Source: Gordius albopunctatus
Taxonomy: Eukaryota
DNA: 64,000 bases
Assembly (NCBI GenBank): GCA_964276515.1
Contig: OZ193909.1
Coordinates: forward strand, 1,674,001 to 1,738,000
Reading direction: 5' to 3'
Both the position numbers and the translations under genes were made by a program. The notes under the pieces are model-generated. The model was not told the DNA's origin and ran no database searches. It was given only the letters and a program-made list of their open reading frames with translations. Below, one piece after another: positions 12,001-26,032 of this stretch (position 1 is its first letter; every line of letters starts with the position of its first letter).

Positions 12001-15000
12001 TTTTCTTGGGATCGTTAGTATTTTGCGTTAGTACATCTTCAAAACTATCAAAAATAGTTTATTAACAATATACAATATGTTTGATAAAATTAAAATAGAT
12101 AATTCAATGTATTTATTCTGTTCTATTTTCATAAAAATACTTATTAAAATTTCATATTTGTTCGTGGAGTGATTCTTTGAATCGTCATCTTAAATACTAT
12201 TATGATCAGACTGCCAAACAGCTGATTCATTAAAACTTTTAAGTTTCATAAGACGCCATTACGAATGAGGGTTTTGATTAATTTTATAGCTTAAAGAAAG
12301 TATTTTATAGATGGCGTTAATCTAAGCTTTAGTGTTCACATCTTATCTACTTAAAACATATAAATGTTCTACACATTTAACCTATTACAATGTAATTAAA
12401 ATTTTGTCCATCTCACATAAGATTTAATCATTGTTGGGGGCTTTTGTAAAGTGATTTAGCTCAGAAATTTTTATAGCGTTAGTTTTACTATATTCTTTAA
12501 ACAGGGTAACCTACACTCTTATATTATTAATAATTATCAGCTGTTTGCTAGTTTAATGTAATCTATGGTGATTTCAATTTATTATAAATTACAAAAGGCT
12601 ACTTAATTACATACAATTTTAGGATATAAATGGGTGAGTGACAGGTTATTTATGCTCTTGATTTTAACCCTAATATTCTAAAATATTTCTATAATTATCA
12701 CTAAATATTTATTATAGAAAATGGTCGTTAACCCAATGCAAAACGTGATTTTGATTTAAATATGACAATTCTAAAACAGGGTAAGAAGTAACAGTTTTAA
12801 AATTATGACACGTTTATTCCAGATGTAGCAATAAAGGAAAAATCTATGTCACATTTAATTTAAATACGATATTATACCCTTCTTAATTATAAATGCTAGC
12901 TTTCCCTATTAGAGATCTAAGTAGTGGCTGAGTCATTTCGCATTATAAAAAGCACACAAATTTTTTTAATATTTGGAAAAATGTCAGCTGATTACGTTGC
13001 TTTGCCTAAAATAGGCATACTTTTTTACAATTATATAAAGGTTTGTCCTGATGATCCAATTATCCATCATTATATACATAGGATAGGACAGTGCGGTTAA
13101 AATGAACCGTGATTGTTAAATCGTGGAATAATAGAACACTTTGGAAAAATTCAGCACAAAATAACAGTCAGCCCTTAGAAAGGCCCAAATTCCATCCATA
13201 ATTGAACCTTCGGATCCTGTCTTTGAAGGTCGAATGCGTCTTGACGGTTCCTCGCTAGTCCCGCGGGAAAATGGTCTCCTTTTAAAGTATTTTTCCCCTC
13301 TAATCTTAATTATGACCTCATGGCCCTCGCTGAAGAACGCAAGCTCCAAAAATATAAGGCCCTTAAGGGCTCTAGTATTTTTATCCCAATAGTTTCCTCC
13401 TGTTCAGGATTCTATGGAAAAATGGCGTTGGCTTTATTCAAAGCAACATGCAGGCGATCCCCTCCCTCCAAACATTCCCCCGCATTTTTATTGAAACAAT
13501 CAATAGCTGCCATCTTAATTGCAAAATTTAATTTCAAATCTTTTTTGAATTCCTGGCCTCTTCTAAAAGGGGAAGATGATGACATATTACTTATATGATG
13601 TTTTTTTAAATATGATCATTATATAATTGTATCATTTGTTATTATGTTTAGATATATATAAATAAACTAACTTCATCTCTTAAAAAAATAATGCCTTTAA
13701 GGCCGATTTTACTTTTGGCCGTGGTCCATTGATCATGGTCAGTAGTATCCAGTAGAGTTGTTAAATTGCTAATTTTCTTCAACTCCAGCCACAATCTGCT
13801 CGAGTTTCTGCTCGGTCCTCGAGCATTTTTATATGCTGTTGTTGTGCCCAATCCACCGAACAGCGAGCACATATTGTGCTAACGCGCATATTAAGCAACT
13901 CAGTGTGCGTGCTCGCGTCTGGAGTTTGAAGAAAGTTAGCAATTTAACAACTCTAGTATCCAGTAGTTTAATTTCCGCTGTATTGCCCGTAAAATACTAC
14001 ATGGGACACTTTCCCGGAAAAACAGTTTATTATGACATGGACAGAGATTTTAAAGTTATTAAAATTAGAAAAAACAAACTGATGTATATGGTTAATAGAA
14101 AGTATCGCACGTAAACTTTCATCTTAGTTCTCGCTATTAAATGGTAGGTGGACGATGACATATAATTTAATAAAATGAGTCGGTTCGGGCAAACCAAAAT
14201 GCAGGAAAATAGGATTTCAATGGCGGTGAGGAATGCATGCGAGCCTAATTTTAAAGACCGCGGAACCTTTAAGTCAGAAACGCTAAGTTTTATTATCTTT
14301 TGCAATTACACCGCACCCCCCCCCCGTAATTTATAATTTTTAAAAGAATGGTGGTGATCATGGGTCATATAACTAGAGTTGTTATATTGCTAACTTTCTT
14401 CAACTCCAGCTACCATCTGCTCGAGTTTCTGCTCGGCCCTCGAGCATTTTTTTATGCTACTGCTCTGCCTAGTGCACCAAAAGCGAGCACATATTGTGCT
14501 AATGCGCATATTAAGAAACTCAGTGTGGGTGCTCGCGTCTGGAGTTTGAAGAAAGTTAGCAATTTAACAACTCTACATATAACTATCTTCTTCTTCTTCC
14601 ATATTACTTTAGAGTTAGATCGCATCTTGTTTCCATAGTAGAGAGCACTTGATGTAAAGAACATCATAGGCGCTTTTGTAGCTCAAAATTGCTTTAGTCA
14701 TATTGATGTTTATATTTTAGGTTCCTGCACCTATATTATATCTATAGATTACATAGACTGTTCAGGTCTTATGTTTCATATCATATGTTAAAACATGTAC
14801 CATTATATCCAACTTTTTTGAATTTTACAAAATCTCGCTTATATTTCTGCTGTGTCTTCAATTGTTCAAACAGAAAAGTGAATTTTCCGTCGTCATTAGT
14901 TAATAAATAAAAACGAACGGTGAGAAATGATTATATAATAAAATGAAGATGGCACCACGTTGCTTTATAATCACATCATCACAGTATGTTAGTTTTATGG

Positions 15001-17409
15001 TTTCTAAAATGAATATTAAACTAGATCAATATTTTTCCATACATTGTAATTAAAAACGATACACTTATTTAAAGTTTATTAGCAGTCTATCTAGTTTATT
15101 TTTATATCTAAAACCGTGTGTAAGTGCGAATAATATATCTAAAACTTACATCGTGCGAATCATTAGCTCTTTGGAGTATAAGTGAACCAAGATTTTTATT
15201 ATATTTTATTAGTGCTGTAAGTGAACGCGTTCAAATTTTATGAACGCGTTCATGAACGGCGTTCTTTTTTTGGTGAACTTTGAACGTGAACGCGTTCGAA
15301 TTTAACGTTCGTTCAATTTTAAAAACCCTTTTTTGTTTTTATTTATTTGAAAATTAATGTCAATCAGAATTTCTAATAAAAAAGTATTATATTTTTTAAT
15401 CAGCTGTTTTTCCTGTTTCCTATTACCAATTCCGAAATACTTTTAACATACTATAACGTGCAAAAGAAGATAAGATTAAAGTTAATTAGTTTGATATTAT
15501 TAATTATAGTTTAATTTATAGGTTAATATGGACAATCATAATATTATATCGTCGTCATCTTCAGATTCTGAATATTCAAAATCAGCAGATGAATTGAAAT
15601 TGCCATGGCCAAAATATAAAAAATATTTTTCACTCGTTTCATATAAAAGATCAAATTCAATAATTAAAATGAACCTATAAGGAATAAACTTTTAGTGTTA
15701 TTGAAAAAAGGGATTGAAACCCCTAGAATTGATAATGAAAGAGCTCTCAATTCCGAGATATCATTTTTTGGCGAGGAAGTAGAGGGCGCATCGGAGGATG
15801 ATATCTTGTCGCAATTTTTTGAAGCGAGGGACAAAACATTAAAAGTTTTTAAGAAATTTTCTCCTTTAAAAAGTTTGTTTATTAAGTATAATACTCCAAT
15901 CCCCTCATCTGCCCCTGTGGAGCAGGTTTTTAGTTTAGCTAATGCTGTATTAACTGCCAAGCGTTCCTGCTTATCAGAAGACAATTTTGAAAAACAATTA
16001 TTATTAAAAATCAATAAGAAAATAGATTATATTGATTTATAATTATATTGTCGAAATAAAACGATTATTTTTTATCATGGCTATTTATTGTATTAAAAAA
16101 TATAAGACATTTATTTATATTAAATTAAACTTTAAAAAAATGTATCATAAAATTTTGGACGAACGTGAACGCGTTCCTTTTCTTTTTAGACGAACAGGAA
16201 CGCGTTCAATTTTTTTACAAATGTTTACAGCACTATATTTTATTAATAGCGAGCATGGGTGTAGCAAGTGGCGGGGAAAAAAACTTCAAATCGAAAACCC
16301 TTAAAAATTAAAAAAAAATATATGTTTTGCCCCCCCCCCTCTAATCCAAAACCTGGCTACGTTCATGATAGCGAGTACTTAACTTTTTGCAAATACTTAA
16401 ATTTTTAACAGACTTACAAAACTGTAAAAATGAATATATTAATATTACTTAGACATAGAAGGAGGATCGCAATTATCCTTGCTGCATGATGTCGTTCTTG
16501 ACTTCTTAGAAAGGTCCAGCGGTAATTGCAAATTTGAAATGTCATGCGATTGACCACAACTTGCTATAAAATAAAATGGAGATAATTCATATGTGAATCT
16601 ATCATATATTTAAATGCGCAAAACGTACCTTTTTTAAGGCGATCATCAATAGCAGAGGTTATATTTGAGCGATTCAAACTGGTATAATTGCTCGAACCGA
16701 AAATCAAATCTCGACCCGTTATTTTACATGACAAACTCAATTGATTATTTATCGCTTGTTTGTCGCCAGAATCTAATCGGCATGCGGTCATTTTCTCTTC
16801 TTGCAAACGGTTCGAAACATTATTTATGGAACGCTTAGAAAATCGTTTAGACAAAAGTTGCGGGGATGATATTTTCGCTTTGTCCTGGTTATCATCCCGT
16901 TTAAAATTTTCCGGGGGATTCCTAAATTTCGCGAAATTGTCATTACTTTCGTACATGAATTTATTGATTCGAGACGAGAAATAGGCACGGTGAGCGAGGT
17001 CGATGGAGTTTGTAGTTGTGGTAGTAGTTGAGTCGGGAGAGTGATTAGCGGTAGAGGCTTCGGTGCTTGGGAAGATTGGCATTTCATTTGGACTCGCACA
17101 AGGGGTATTAGTATTCGCACATCTATTATTACCCTCATTATATGGGTGGAGTAGACTGGCATAATCAGGAATCGTGTTTAGATCACAGTTACCACCTAGC
17201 AACTGGTTACTAATTTTAGCCTGGGCTTGATGCAAAGCGTAATTGTGATATAGCCAAAACCAATAGAACGTAGAAGTGGGTAAATTAGCCTTGTGAGAAT
17301 AGTCATTCTCAAAGGAAACGCTTCGATTGTGCATGTCGCGAGGGCTAAAGGAGAAATCGGTCGATTTGGGGCCATTTCTTGTATGTGACTCCTCTGGCAT
17401 AGTGGTCAT
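9006..17409 (-). CDS. C2H2 zinc-finger transcription factor, 5 fingers plus PLDLS CtBP-binding motif
   Basis: Phase-compatible exons 17409-16629, 16563-16449, 12044-11945, 10722-10494, 9945-9776, 9197-9006; HTGEKP linkers; LPLDLSKK in exon 2. Confidence 0.88.
13130..13675 (+). mobile_element. 3' fragment of CRE-like non-LTR retrotransposon (restriction-like endonuclease region)
   Basis: [23 protein letters not shown] and AEERKLQKY match the 24560-25030 copy; further pieces at ~18620-18770 (+) and ~31080-31475 (-). Confidence 0.8.
13753..13955. mobile_element. hAT-type MITE, TAGAGTTG family
   Basis: TIRs TAGAGTTGTTAAATTGCTAA; 8-bp TSD GTATCCAG. Confidence 0.93.
14374..14575. mobile_element. 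hAT-type MITE, TAGAGTTG family
   Basis: Same TIRs; 8-bp TSD CATATAAC. Confidence 0.93.
15210..16235 (+). mobile_element. Internally deleted hAT transposon in the zinc-finger gene intron
   Basis: TIRs TAGTGCTGTAA/TTACAGCACTA, TSD TATTTTAT, hATC dimerisation remnant ([24 protein letters not shown]), subterminal GAACGCGTTC repeats. Confidence 0.92.
16254..16367. mobile_element. GC-ended MITE (CATGGGCGTAGCC family)
   Basis: TSD ATAGCGAG; related copies at 1-100, ~17935, ~19385, ~21752, ~22100, ~22389, ~30914, ~36608, 56843-57005 and ~62268. Confidence 0.85.
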
Positions 17410-20400
17410 AATGGATTATTGGATGGGTTTGGGGTTTTGGTGCGAAAAAGTTATATAATTTGAAACTTAGGTTGGTGTTTTAGGTAGTGCTAAATACATA
17501 ATTCTGATTTAGCTACGGACGAATGTAAGAACTGGTTGTTTTGATGTTAGGCAGATATAGTTAGATAGAGCCTTTATTTGAACGTTTCCTTATTTCAACT
17601 TTACCTATATATTATGCGTCAATATTCTTCTTCTTTTCATCGCCCGTGTTTTTGCCTTGGCCCTCGATGTGCTTTGTGTATTTCGTATTGTAGTAGCGTG
17701 CGTGAGTGCTATAAGTGAGTTATCCTAAATGAAAAACAAATAAATACGACCCTTTACCATACTCCTCTCCTGTTTAACTTGGGAGAAATTTGTGTTTAAT
17801 ATAGTGTTTGTTTACTACCTTTAGCCTGCCCTAATTTTAATGATTCAAAAATTTTAATAAATTGCGCTTCAAATAATAAACTTTAGTGTAATGCAGAACG
17901 CCTGTGATTAACAAATTTATAAATTTCTATAAAGATGGGCGTGGCCAAGGGGAGGGGGGGGGCGGCTGCCCCGTCTAAATCAAAAAATATCTTAAAATTT
18001 ATTAAAATTATGGGGCTACAATTTCAAAAAATGATCATTTTGCCCCCTCCCTCCAATCCCAATGTTGGCTACACCAATGTCAATAAAGGTGTCATTATAT
18101 TTTTTCTCGAGTCTTTGGGGTCAATGTGACCCCATAGTTATATGAGTAAAAAATAATTTGGGAATAACAAGGTGGTGCAATGGGTTAACTTTATTAACCC
18201 TACTCAAATTTAATAAATTAAACAATTTAAAAATAAAGGAAAGGTGTCAAGACATCATGCCTAATAGTAATATTACATGGGCGATTGATTGCCGTTAGTT
18301 TGCCCTTGATTATGGTAAACTAAAAAAACAAAAATTAAAAATTTTATATGGCTTTCAGTTTTAATTAATATAAATAATGGTTATTAAATCTAATTTTTTA
18401 CAAGGTAAACACAATTTATTATCAATTAATATCTAAATATTATAATTTAAATACTAACAATCTTTGTTTATCTTATGCTCTTAAAGTAAAAATATTTTAT
18501 TTCTTACCAGATCATTGTAAAAATATATATGCTAAATTATATTAAATTCTTCAACAGTCATAGAGCTATGGATCGAATATATATTGGATTTTACAATTTC
18601 CATAATAATGTAATCTAAATATTCCCCACACATTTATGGAAACAATCAATAGCAATTTTAATCGCAAAATTTTATTTCAAATCTTTTTTTAAATTCCTGG
18701 TCTCTTCTAAAGAAGAAAAATTATAATTTTTTTAGTATTATGATCATATATATATCAATAAACTAACTTTTAGCTAAATAAGCAATTTTGATATTTGTTT
18801 ATGAAATTGGCTATCCTCGGGTCCAAAATTACTGAATTTATAATTTAAAATAAAACATATTGATATAAAACAATTTACATTTTTTTATTTGTTCTAGGAT
18901 ATTAATTAGTTGTAAAATTAAATTTTTTTTAGTATTTTATATCATTTTACTTATCTTAATCAATCCAAGAATAGGGAAATGTCGAAAATATCAAAAATCT
19001 ATTGCATAAATGAAGTGTTTTCAAAAAAATATGAAAAAAATAATAAAAAAATTTTTGAGGGGGAGAATTGCTTTGCCTATAATTGTTTTGACTTAAATAG
19101 TAACAACGGTCATTTTCAAGGACTAACACTACATAAACCTCACGCATGTCCGAACTAATTAAAACTTCGTGCGTGCTATGCAAAATGGTGCAAATGAAAT
19201 TAATAAAAAAATAAAAAGTCAGCGCGCCTGTGTGTTAATGTGGATTCCCGAGTTGTTACAAATGGGTCAGTGCTATTTTGGCCTTAAACGACTTTCGCAC
19301 GAACATCAATCAGGTCAAAGAATCCAAGGGCAACTAGTTAACCCGGTTAAATCAGCCCACCTTGTCCCTTCCCCCGTGGTAGTGGTGGGCGTAACCAATG
19401 GGGGACCCCCCCCTCTACTTTTAAAATGGCTAAAATTTCAAAAAAGATCATTTTGCCCCTCATAAAATCATTATTGACCCCTTCCCTTTAATTTCAATGC
19501 TGGCCACCCACGGCTATGTCTAACATTACATTGTTTCTATTTTTTTGAGATATATATCATTTATTATTTTTGTAAAGAGAATTACATATTTTGTGAAGGT
19601 GAGATAAATAAATTAAAAAATTAAGAATCGTAGATATTGGGAAAACATTCGGTTTTAACTGTTTAAGAGAAATATTTTTTGAGAGTTTTGTCGGTAGCTG
19701 TGTAAAATTAAATACAATTTTGGGTAGATTATTTGAAATTATGTTTAAATAATTGAGAAAATGTAATAGAAATTAAAAATTTTTTATTATAATATTTTAA
19801 AATTATTTTAGTTATGAATAATTTTTCAAGACATTAAAAGAATGAATTTTTTTTACTTTTATTATGGAATATTTTGTCTACTCGGCAGATTTTCTTCAAA
19901 AATTAGGGGCTAGAAATTTAAATTTCGAAAAGGTAGCAAGAAATCAAAAAAATATTATGATTTAAAATTTCCCGCCCCCTTCTTACATTCGGGTGACGTC
20001 ACATCATACTACTTGTTTACCGATTCATTAAATGTCAACATATATACGATAAAAAGGGGTATAGGTAATATTGACATAAACATACCAGTGGAGACAGCCC
20101 TATCCAGTTTAAAAAATGCGCGCTAATTCTATTTATTCAAATAAATCTGGCGCCAATTCCACCTCGAATTCCGACAGAGGACAAAAATGATAATTATGAA
20201 AGATTTGGCTTAGTAGTGCCAAAACGAAAGGTTGAAATTATCGTGCATTATAGAGCACAATATGCACATATTAGATTACTTGATAGAAAAAATATTATTT
20301 TTCATACAAATTTTCTAAAAAATTAAAATGTCAATAATTAAATCATCTTGTTGACATATTAAATTTCTCTAGGCTCGTCGATTAAAATTATAAATACGAA

Positions 20401-22865
20401 AACGCAAATTAATTAAATTTGTATCAAAATTTATAAAATAATCATATTTCACCAAAACAATATATTTAAAGTTTAATTTCCACTTTTTTGACTTAATATT
20501 AATAAAATGAAATGTATAAAAAAATAAAAAATATTCACATTATATGTAATTTATAATAAATATATGCACGATTGTAATTTAAAAACTTACCGTTTTATAA
20601 TCAAAAAAATTGAATAATGAATGATAAAAATAAATTTTGCTTTAAGTTGTAAAATAACAATTTTTTTAAATGCAAAGTATTTTGTATGATTTGAACGAAA
20701 TATTTTGTGATTAACATTGTTTTTGTCATTTCTGAGAATTACGAAGTACATTCATTACCTTTATAAATATGAATTTAGTACGTTTGGTAAAAGTTAAACC
20801 TTTTCCCCGAATTACCCCAAAATCATATTTAAATTAAAATTTTTCAAAACTAAAAGTAATTTCCACATTTCTGAATGATTTACAATACTTATTATTAAGT
20901 TGTCAAATAGATTTTGCAATGGCCTAACTCTAACATTAAATATCCACTGAACTTAAAATGTATCAAAAATATTTCTTTTTGACAATACAAAAAAATCGAA
21001 AAAAATTATATTATAAAAAGTTTTTAATTTACCTATTATTTAAAAATTGTGAATTAAAGTTGGGAAAGTAATGCTCTCTGTGAAATATTTTTGAGGCTAA
21101 AACCAAAGCTAATTTAACTTCTGTTAAAAGTTATAGTTAAAAATTATGTAGGATTAAAATAAGAAATAGATGAATAGGGGGTATAAAGGTTGTCCTAGTC
21201 AAAACTTGTTATACCCCTTAGTGTGTATAATGACAATAAATAATTGAGATAGATCTAACTTGAGGATTTCGTCCTTTTATTTTCCAGCAATGATGGATGA
21301 CATTTTTTATGTACCACACAACACTTTTTTACACCTCAAATTCATTCTTGAAACCACGACCATTACTACCCAATGCTGGGTTGTATGGGAAATTTTATTA
21401 AACTTTTCCTAAGAGACACACAGACCTAAGAGTAATGTGGAAAACAGTGCTATTTGGGGTCAATATCACCCCAAGGGGCCAAGCTAAATCTCAAGTTCTC
21501 CGTGTGGTTTTGACTGGATGAAAGATAGAAATTACAAAAATATTTGGGCTTCCTTTCCCAACACCCCTGACTGTCAAATTGTGAAATACGCGTAAATTTT
21601 TGAAGGATGATTGTCACTATTATGTAAATAGATACTATACGACACTGGATATGTGTATATTACATTCCTGTAGTCTAGCCACAAAAGTTTGGAGTAAAAA
21701 CAATTTTTTACAACAAAATTTTTGTGAAAATTATTGCAGGGGGGGGGGGGTCATGGGCGTAGCCAGCATTTGAATTAGAGGGGGGGGGGAGGCAAAATGT
21801 ATATTTTTCGAAATTTTAGCCATAATTTTAATAAATTTTAACAAATTTTTGGACTTAGAGGGGGGGGGTCAGCCGCCCTTCCCTGCCCCCCCCCCCCCCC
21901 TTTGGCTACCATAAGGGGTGGGCAAACAGTGTGGTGGCCATATTGTCATTGTTTGACGGAGGTTGGGTGTGAGAGAAATAAAGTGATGAGATTTGCGAAT
22001 TTTATGATATATTACTTTTCTAACCATCACCATAGACGCGACACAGGTATGCGTAAATTATGTTTGTAACGGAATGAATGAGAATATATCATCATGAGCT
22101 TGATCGCCCTCTAAATCCAAAAATTTATTAAAATTATGTCTAAATTTTCAAAAAATATACATTTTGCCCCTCACTAAATCATTATTGCCCCCCCCCCCTC
22201 TAATTCCAATGCTGGTTACGTTTATAAATATAATATAATAGGTGTTATTATATTCAAAAATGATTAAATTTCAATGCTGTTACTTTATAAAGGCGAAAGA
22301 TCTTTAAATTTTTAAAGTTTATTTCGTAGTTGAAAAATACCAAATTTAAATCCAGGTTTTGGTGCAAATTATTTTCTAAAGCTTAACTCATGCGTGTAGC
22401 CAGGGGGAGGCAGGAAGGGGCGGGGGCTGCCCTCCTCTAAATCCAAAAAATCTTTAAAATTTAATAAAATTCTGGCTAAAATTTGAAAAAAGATCATTTT
22501 GGCCTCCCTAAATCATTATTCCCCTCCCTCTAATTCTAACTAGCTACGCCCGTTCGGGCAAATTGAAGGTCAGTCGTAAAATAAAACAATATATGATCAT
22601 TAAAAATTACTATTGGTAAAAATTATTTATAGTAATTAAAATAATTAATAATTGCCATGGTTGATATCCACTATAATGGACTTATAAAATCAACCGGCAA
22701 ACTGTTTGCAGATTCTGGTTGAGATTTTAAGGTGAACACAAATATATTTTAAATTTTGTTCTTACGTTCAATTAAATTTATAAAATATTTGTCGTTAAAG
22801 TTGCCAAAAAACAGCGGTTTAGGCGTTTTCATACGTCAATAACTTGCAAATTAATCGGTAAAATT

Positions 22866-25105
22866 ATTCCCTCCAATCACTGCATGGTTAAACTAGACTT
22901 TGTCAATGCATTCAATAATATTCGCCGAGAAACGTGAATAAAATGCTTCGTTGATGAGTTCCCAAAGTTCTCAAATTACATCAGTTTAAGTTACGGTTGC
23001 ATATCAAAACTAAAGTTTGGTGACTTTTCAATTGAATCGGCAGAAGGTATTCAACAGGGTGACCCTCTAGGTCCACCTTTGTTTTGTCTAGGAATCCAAA
23101 ATTTAACCGAATCTCTCTCAAACCTATGGCTTTATCATTAAACGTCTGGTACCTAGATGATTCCACCTTATGCGGCCCTCCGGAAGAAATCTCCAAGGCC
23201 ATTCTTTTAATCCGAGATCATGAAGCTACCCTAAACCTGAAATTGAATATCTCTAAATGTGAGATATATCAGTGCCCGGATACAGATATATTTTACATTT
23301 TTAAGCCTTTTTTAAAAGTTAAAATGAAAAGTTTATTTCATCTAGGCTCCCCAATAGGTCGACAAATCGCCTGAGAGTTTTTACATAGTCACCTATCAAC
23401 TCTTTCCTCGAAGATGGAAATTCTCAAAACCCTCCCAAAACATCACGCATTTTATATTATTAAAAATTATTTTAATATCTCAAAAATTCAACACTGCTTC
23501 CGGTCATCATCAGCTTTTTTATTACCCGAGATTTTAAAAAGCTACGAAAACTTTATGAAAAACACGCTAGAAGCCATCCTTAACATCAAATTTAGCACTT
23601 CTCCGTGGCTCCAAGCCTCATTACCTACTAAAGCTGGCGGGTTAGGCATACGCCCAGCTACCTCAATTTCATTAGCAGCCTTTATCTCCTCGTATAAACC
23701 CGCCCAAGGTTTGATCGACCGATTAATCACAACAAGCGAAGACCCATCGTTTGTGCAAGCTCTAGATGTCTGGTCTGCCAACGTCAACCCAGGGACCCCC
23801 TTCCCCATAACCTCAAGACAAAAAGATTGGGATGCTGGCCTCGTATCGCGCTCCGTTGATTACCTCTTATCGAGTTGCGACTCCCGCCAGATCCTAGCTC
23901 TTCTTGCATCAGTCATCCATCTATGAACAATTCAGCTCAGGTATGGAGGCAATTAGCTATTGGTGAAGTCGATATGGATATCTCCGTTTGGGAGGACGAT
24001 GAAAGAGAGCAGATTGATGAGAGCAACGAAGTTGATACTTATGTTAAATTAAATCTTAAACCGGAAGATGATGAGCTTGATATTATTTCATGGTGGAAAG
24101 AACACGAACTTATCCTACCTAATTTGACAAAGTTAGATGTACAGTTTTTGGCAATTCCAGCCACAAGCGCTATAAGTGAACGCACGTTTAGTAAGGCAAG
24201 CCACCTAATAGAACAAAAAAGAACAAGACTTACTACCTGATAGAATAGACAGTTTATTATTTTTAAATGACAATATTAAATTATAATTTTTTTATTAATA
24301 TCGTTTTTATATGCTATAACAATTTTTTTCATACATGCAAAATTGTTTCTATACAAATAAATTTTTTTGAAAACACTGAAGCTTTTTTCTCATGCGGGCC
24401 TGATGCGGCGCATTTTTTGTTGTTTTTTGCGGGGCGGGTATGGGTAAAAAATATATTTGTGCGGGTATGGGCCGGGTCTGACCCTGAAATTTCGGCCCAT
24501 GCAGACCTCTACCCCCTACACTGCCTTTACAATAAAATTAAATACACAAGGCACAAAAAGGTGAATAGCCTTATCCAAGCCGCTCTTAAAAAAGCCAATA
24601 TCCCGTCCGTTTTAGAGCCGTCTGACCCTTCGTTAGAGGGAAGGATGCGACCAGATGGCTCTACCCTGATCCCTTGGCAAAATGGTCTACCCCTTAAATG
24701 GGATTTCACCTGCATAGACATTTTCGCCCTCCGTAACCAAAACTACAACGCTCTCACCCTCGCCGAACACCGCAAAACGGTAAAATACTAGGCCCTCCTA
24801 CCCTCTAATATCTTTACCCCTATCGTTGCCTCATGTTCTGGGACTTTTGGTCCTGCCGCCATCAAGCTTTTTAAAGATATCAGCCGTCGCTGCCCGCCCT
24901 CCAAATATTCCACAAACTTTTTACTTGAACAAAAAATTGGTATTTTAATAGCAAAGTACAATTTTAAATCCCTGGTCGACAGCTGGCCACTTTTATTAGA
25001 TGATACATGCGACGCTTTTTCATTATAATTTTTTTTATTTTGTTTTATTCCCGATCTTAACTTCGTTTTTTATAACGTTCTTACATTCAAATAAACAATA
25101 CATAC
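22866..25105 (+). mobile_element. 5'-truncated, degenerate CRE-like non-LTR retrotransposon (RT plus RLE endonuclease)
   Basis: KLDFVNAFN, QQGDPLGP, WYLDD, LNISKCE, LGSPIG, QASLPTKAGGLGIR, HC..RH, RPDG..WDFT; AATAAA followed by an ATAC-repeat tail. Confidence 0.88.
23923..24511 (+). mobile_element. Right-end fragment of a hAT transposon inside the CRE-like element
   Basis: hATC motif IISWWK..LAIPATSAISERTFS..R; ends GCAGACCTCTA; left end missing. Confidence 0.85.
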
Positions 25106-25479
25106 AAAAATTTTTTAAATATATTTGATTTATAAATAAAAGGGAGAGGAGTTTATTAAGTTTTTTTCACCCTAGCTCTATTAATTTTTTGACATTTATA
25201 TTTAAAATTAACTTATCTCTATCTTTTTACATTGAAAATTGCCACAGACTTAAAGTCGCCATCCCTTCCCTTTAACACTAGGAATTGAATGCGTGTTGTT
25301 TATCTACTACTACTAGACACCCTCGCGACCCGCGGGCTGAATGTCCGTTCTGGGCCGGACTCCTGCTTTAAATATAAAACAATGGGCCGGGACTCGACAG
25401 GCAGTAATATAAAATAAAGGGCCGGGCAGGGCTTAGATATACCCCTTCTTTTTTTATTAAGTATTTGATCCCAGAGTCG

Positions 25480-25985
25480 TGGCGTTTGTTTTGATGAGTT
25501 TCTTTCATCTTAAAATGTGGACTTGCCCTTTCCACGTGCCACGAGGTCATCCTCTTCTTCTCTTCCCCAATACCTCCATGCCTAGTACTTTTCGATACAG
25601 CATTCGTCTCCCTTCTTAGTATATGCCCATACCACCTTAACCAATTTTCGCTAATCGGGTCCGCCACAGGTTGAATACCCATTTTTGTCACGAAAAAGTC
25701 ATTCTTAATATGGTCGAGCTTAGTTTACCCAAGCTCCACCGTATCATTCTAATCTCCGCGGCTTTTAATAGCTTTCCTTTCGTAGTGTTTAATGCCCATA
25801 TTTCACTTCCATATAGTAACACCAGTCTTACGATGGATTTGTAAGCTTTGTTCTTCAACCATATTGGCCTCTTATTCTTGCACATTACATTTAGGCCATC
25901 CTTTTCGAATTTGGGCATTGACTCATCGAGTTAAGTTATGTAAACCTGCCTACTTCTAGATACTTTACATGGTCATCCAGCGAGT
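25480..25985 (-). mobile_element. RTE-like non-LTR retrotransposon, C-terminal fragment
   Basis: YKSIVRLVLLYGSEIW..EIRMIRW..RWYGHILRR; frameshifted. Confidence 0.85.
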
Positions 25986-26032
25986 GTTATTATCTTCTTC
26001 AAAATATTAACAAAGTGCAATTTATTAAATAA

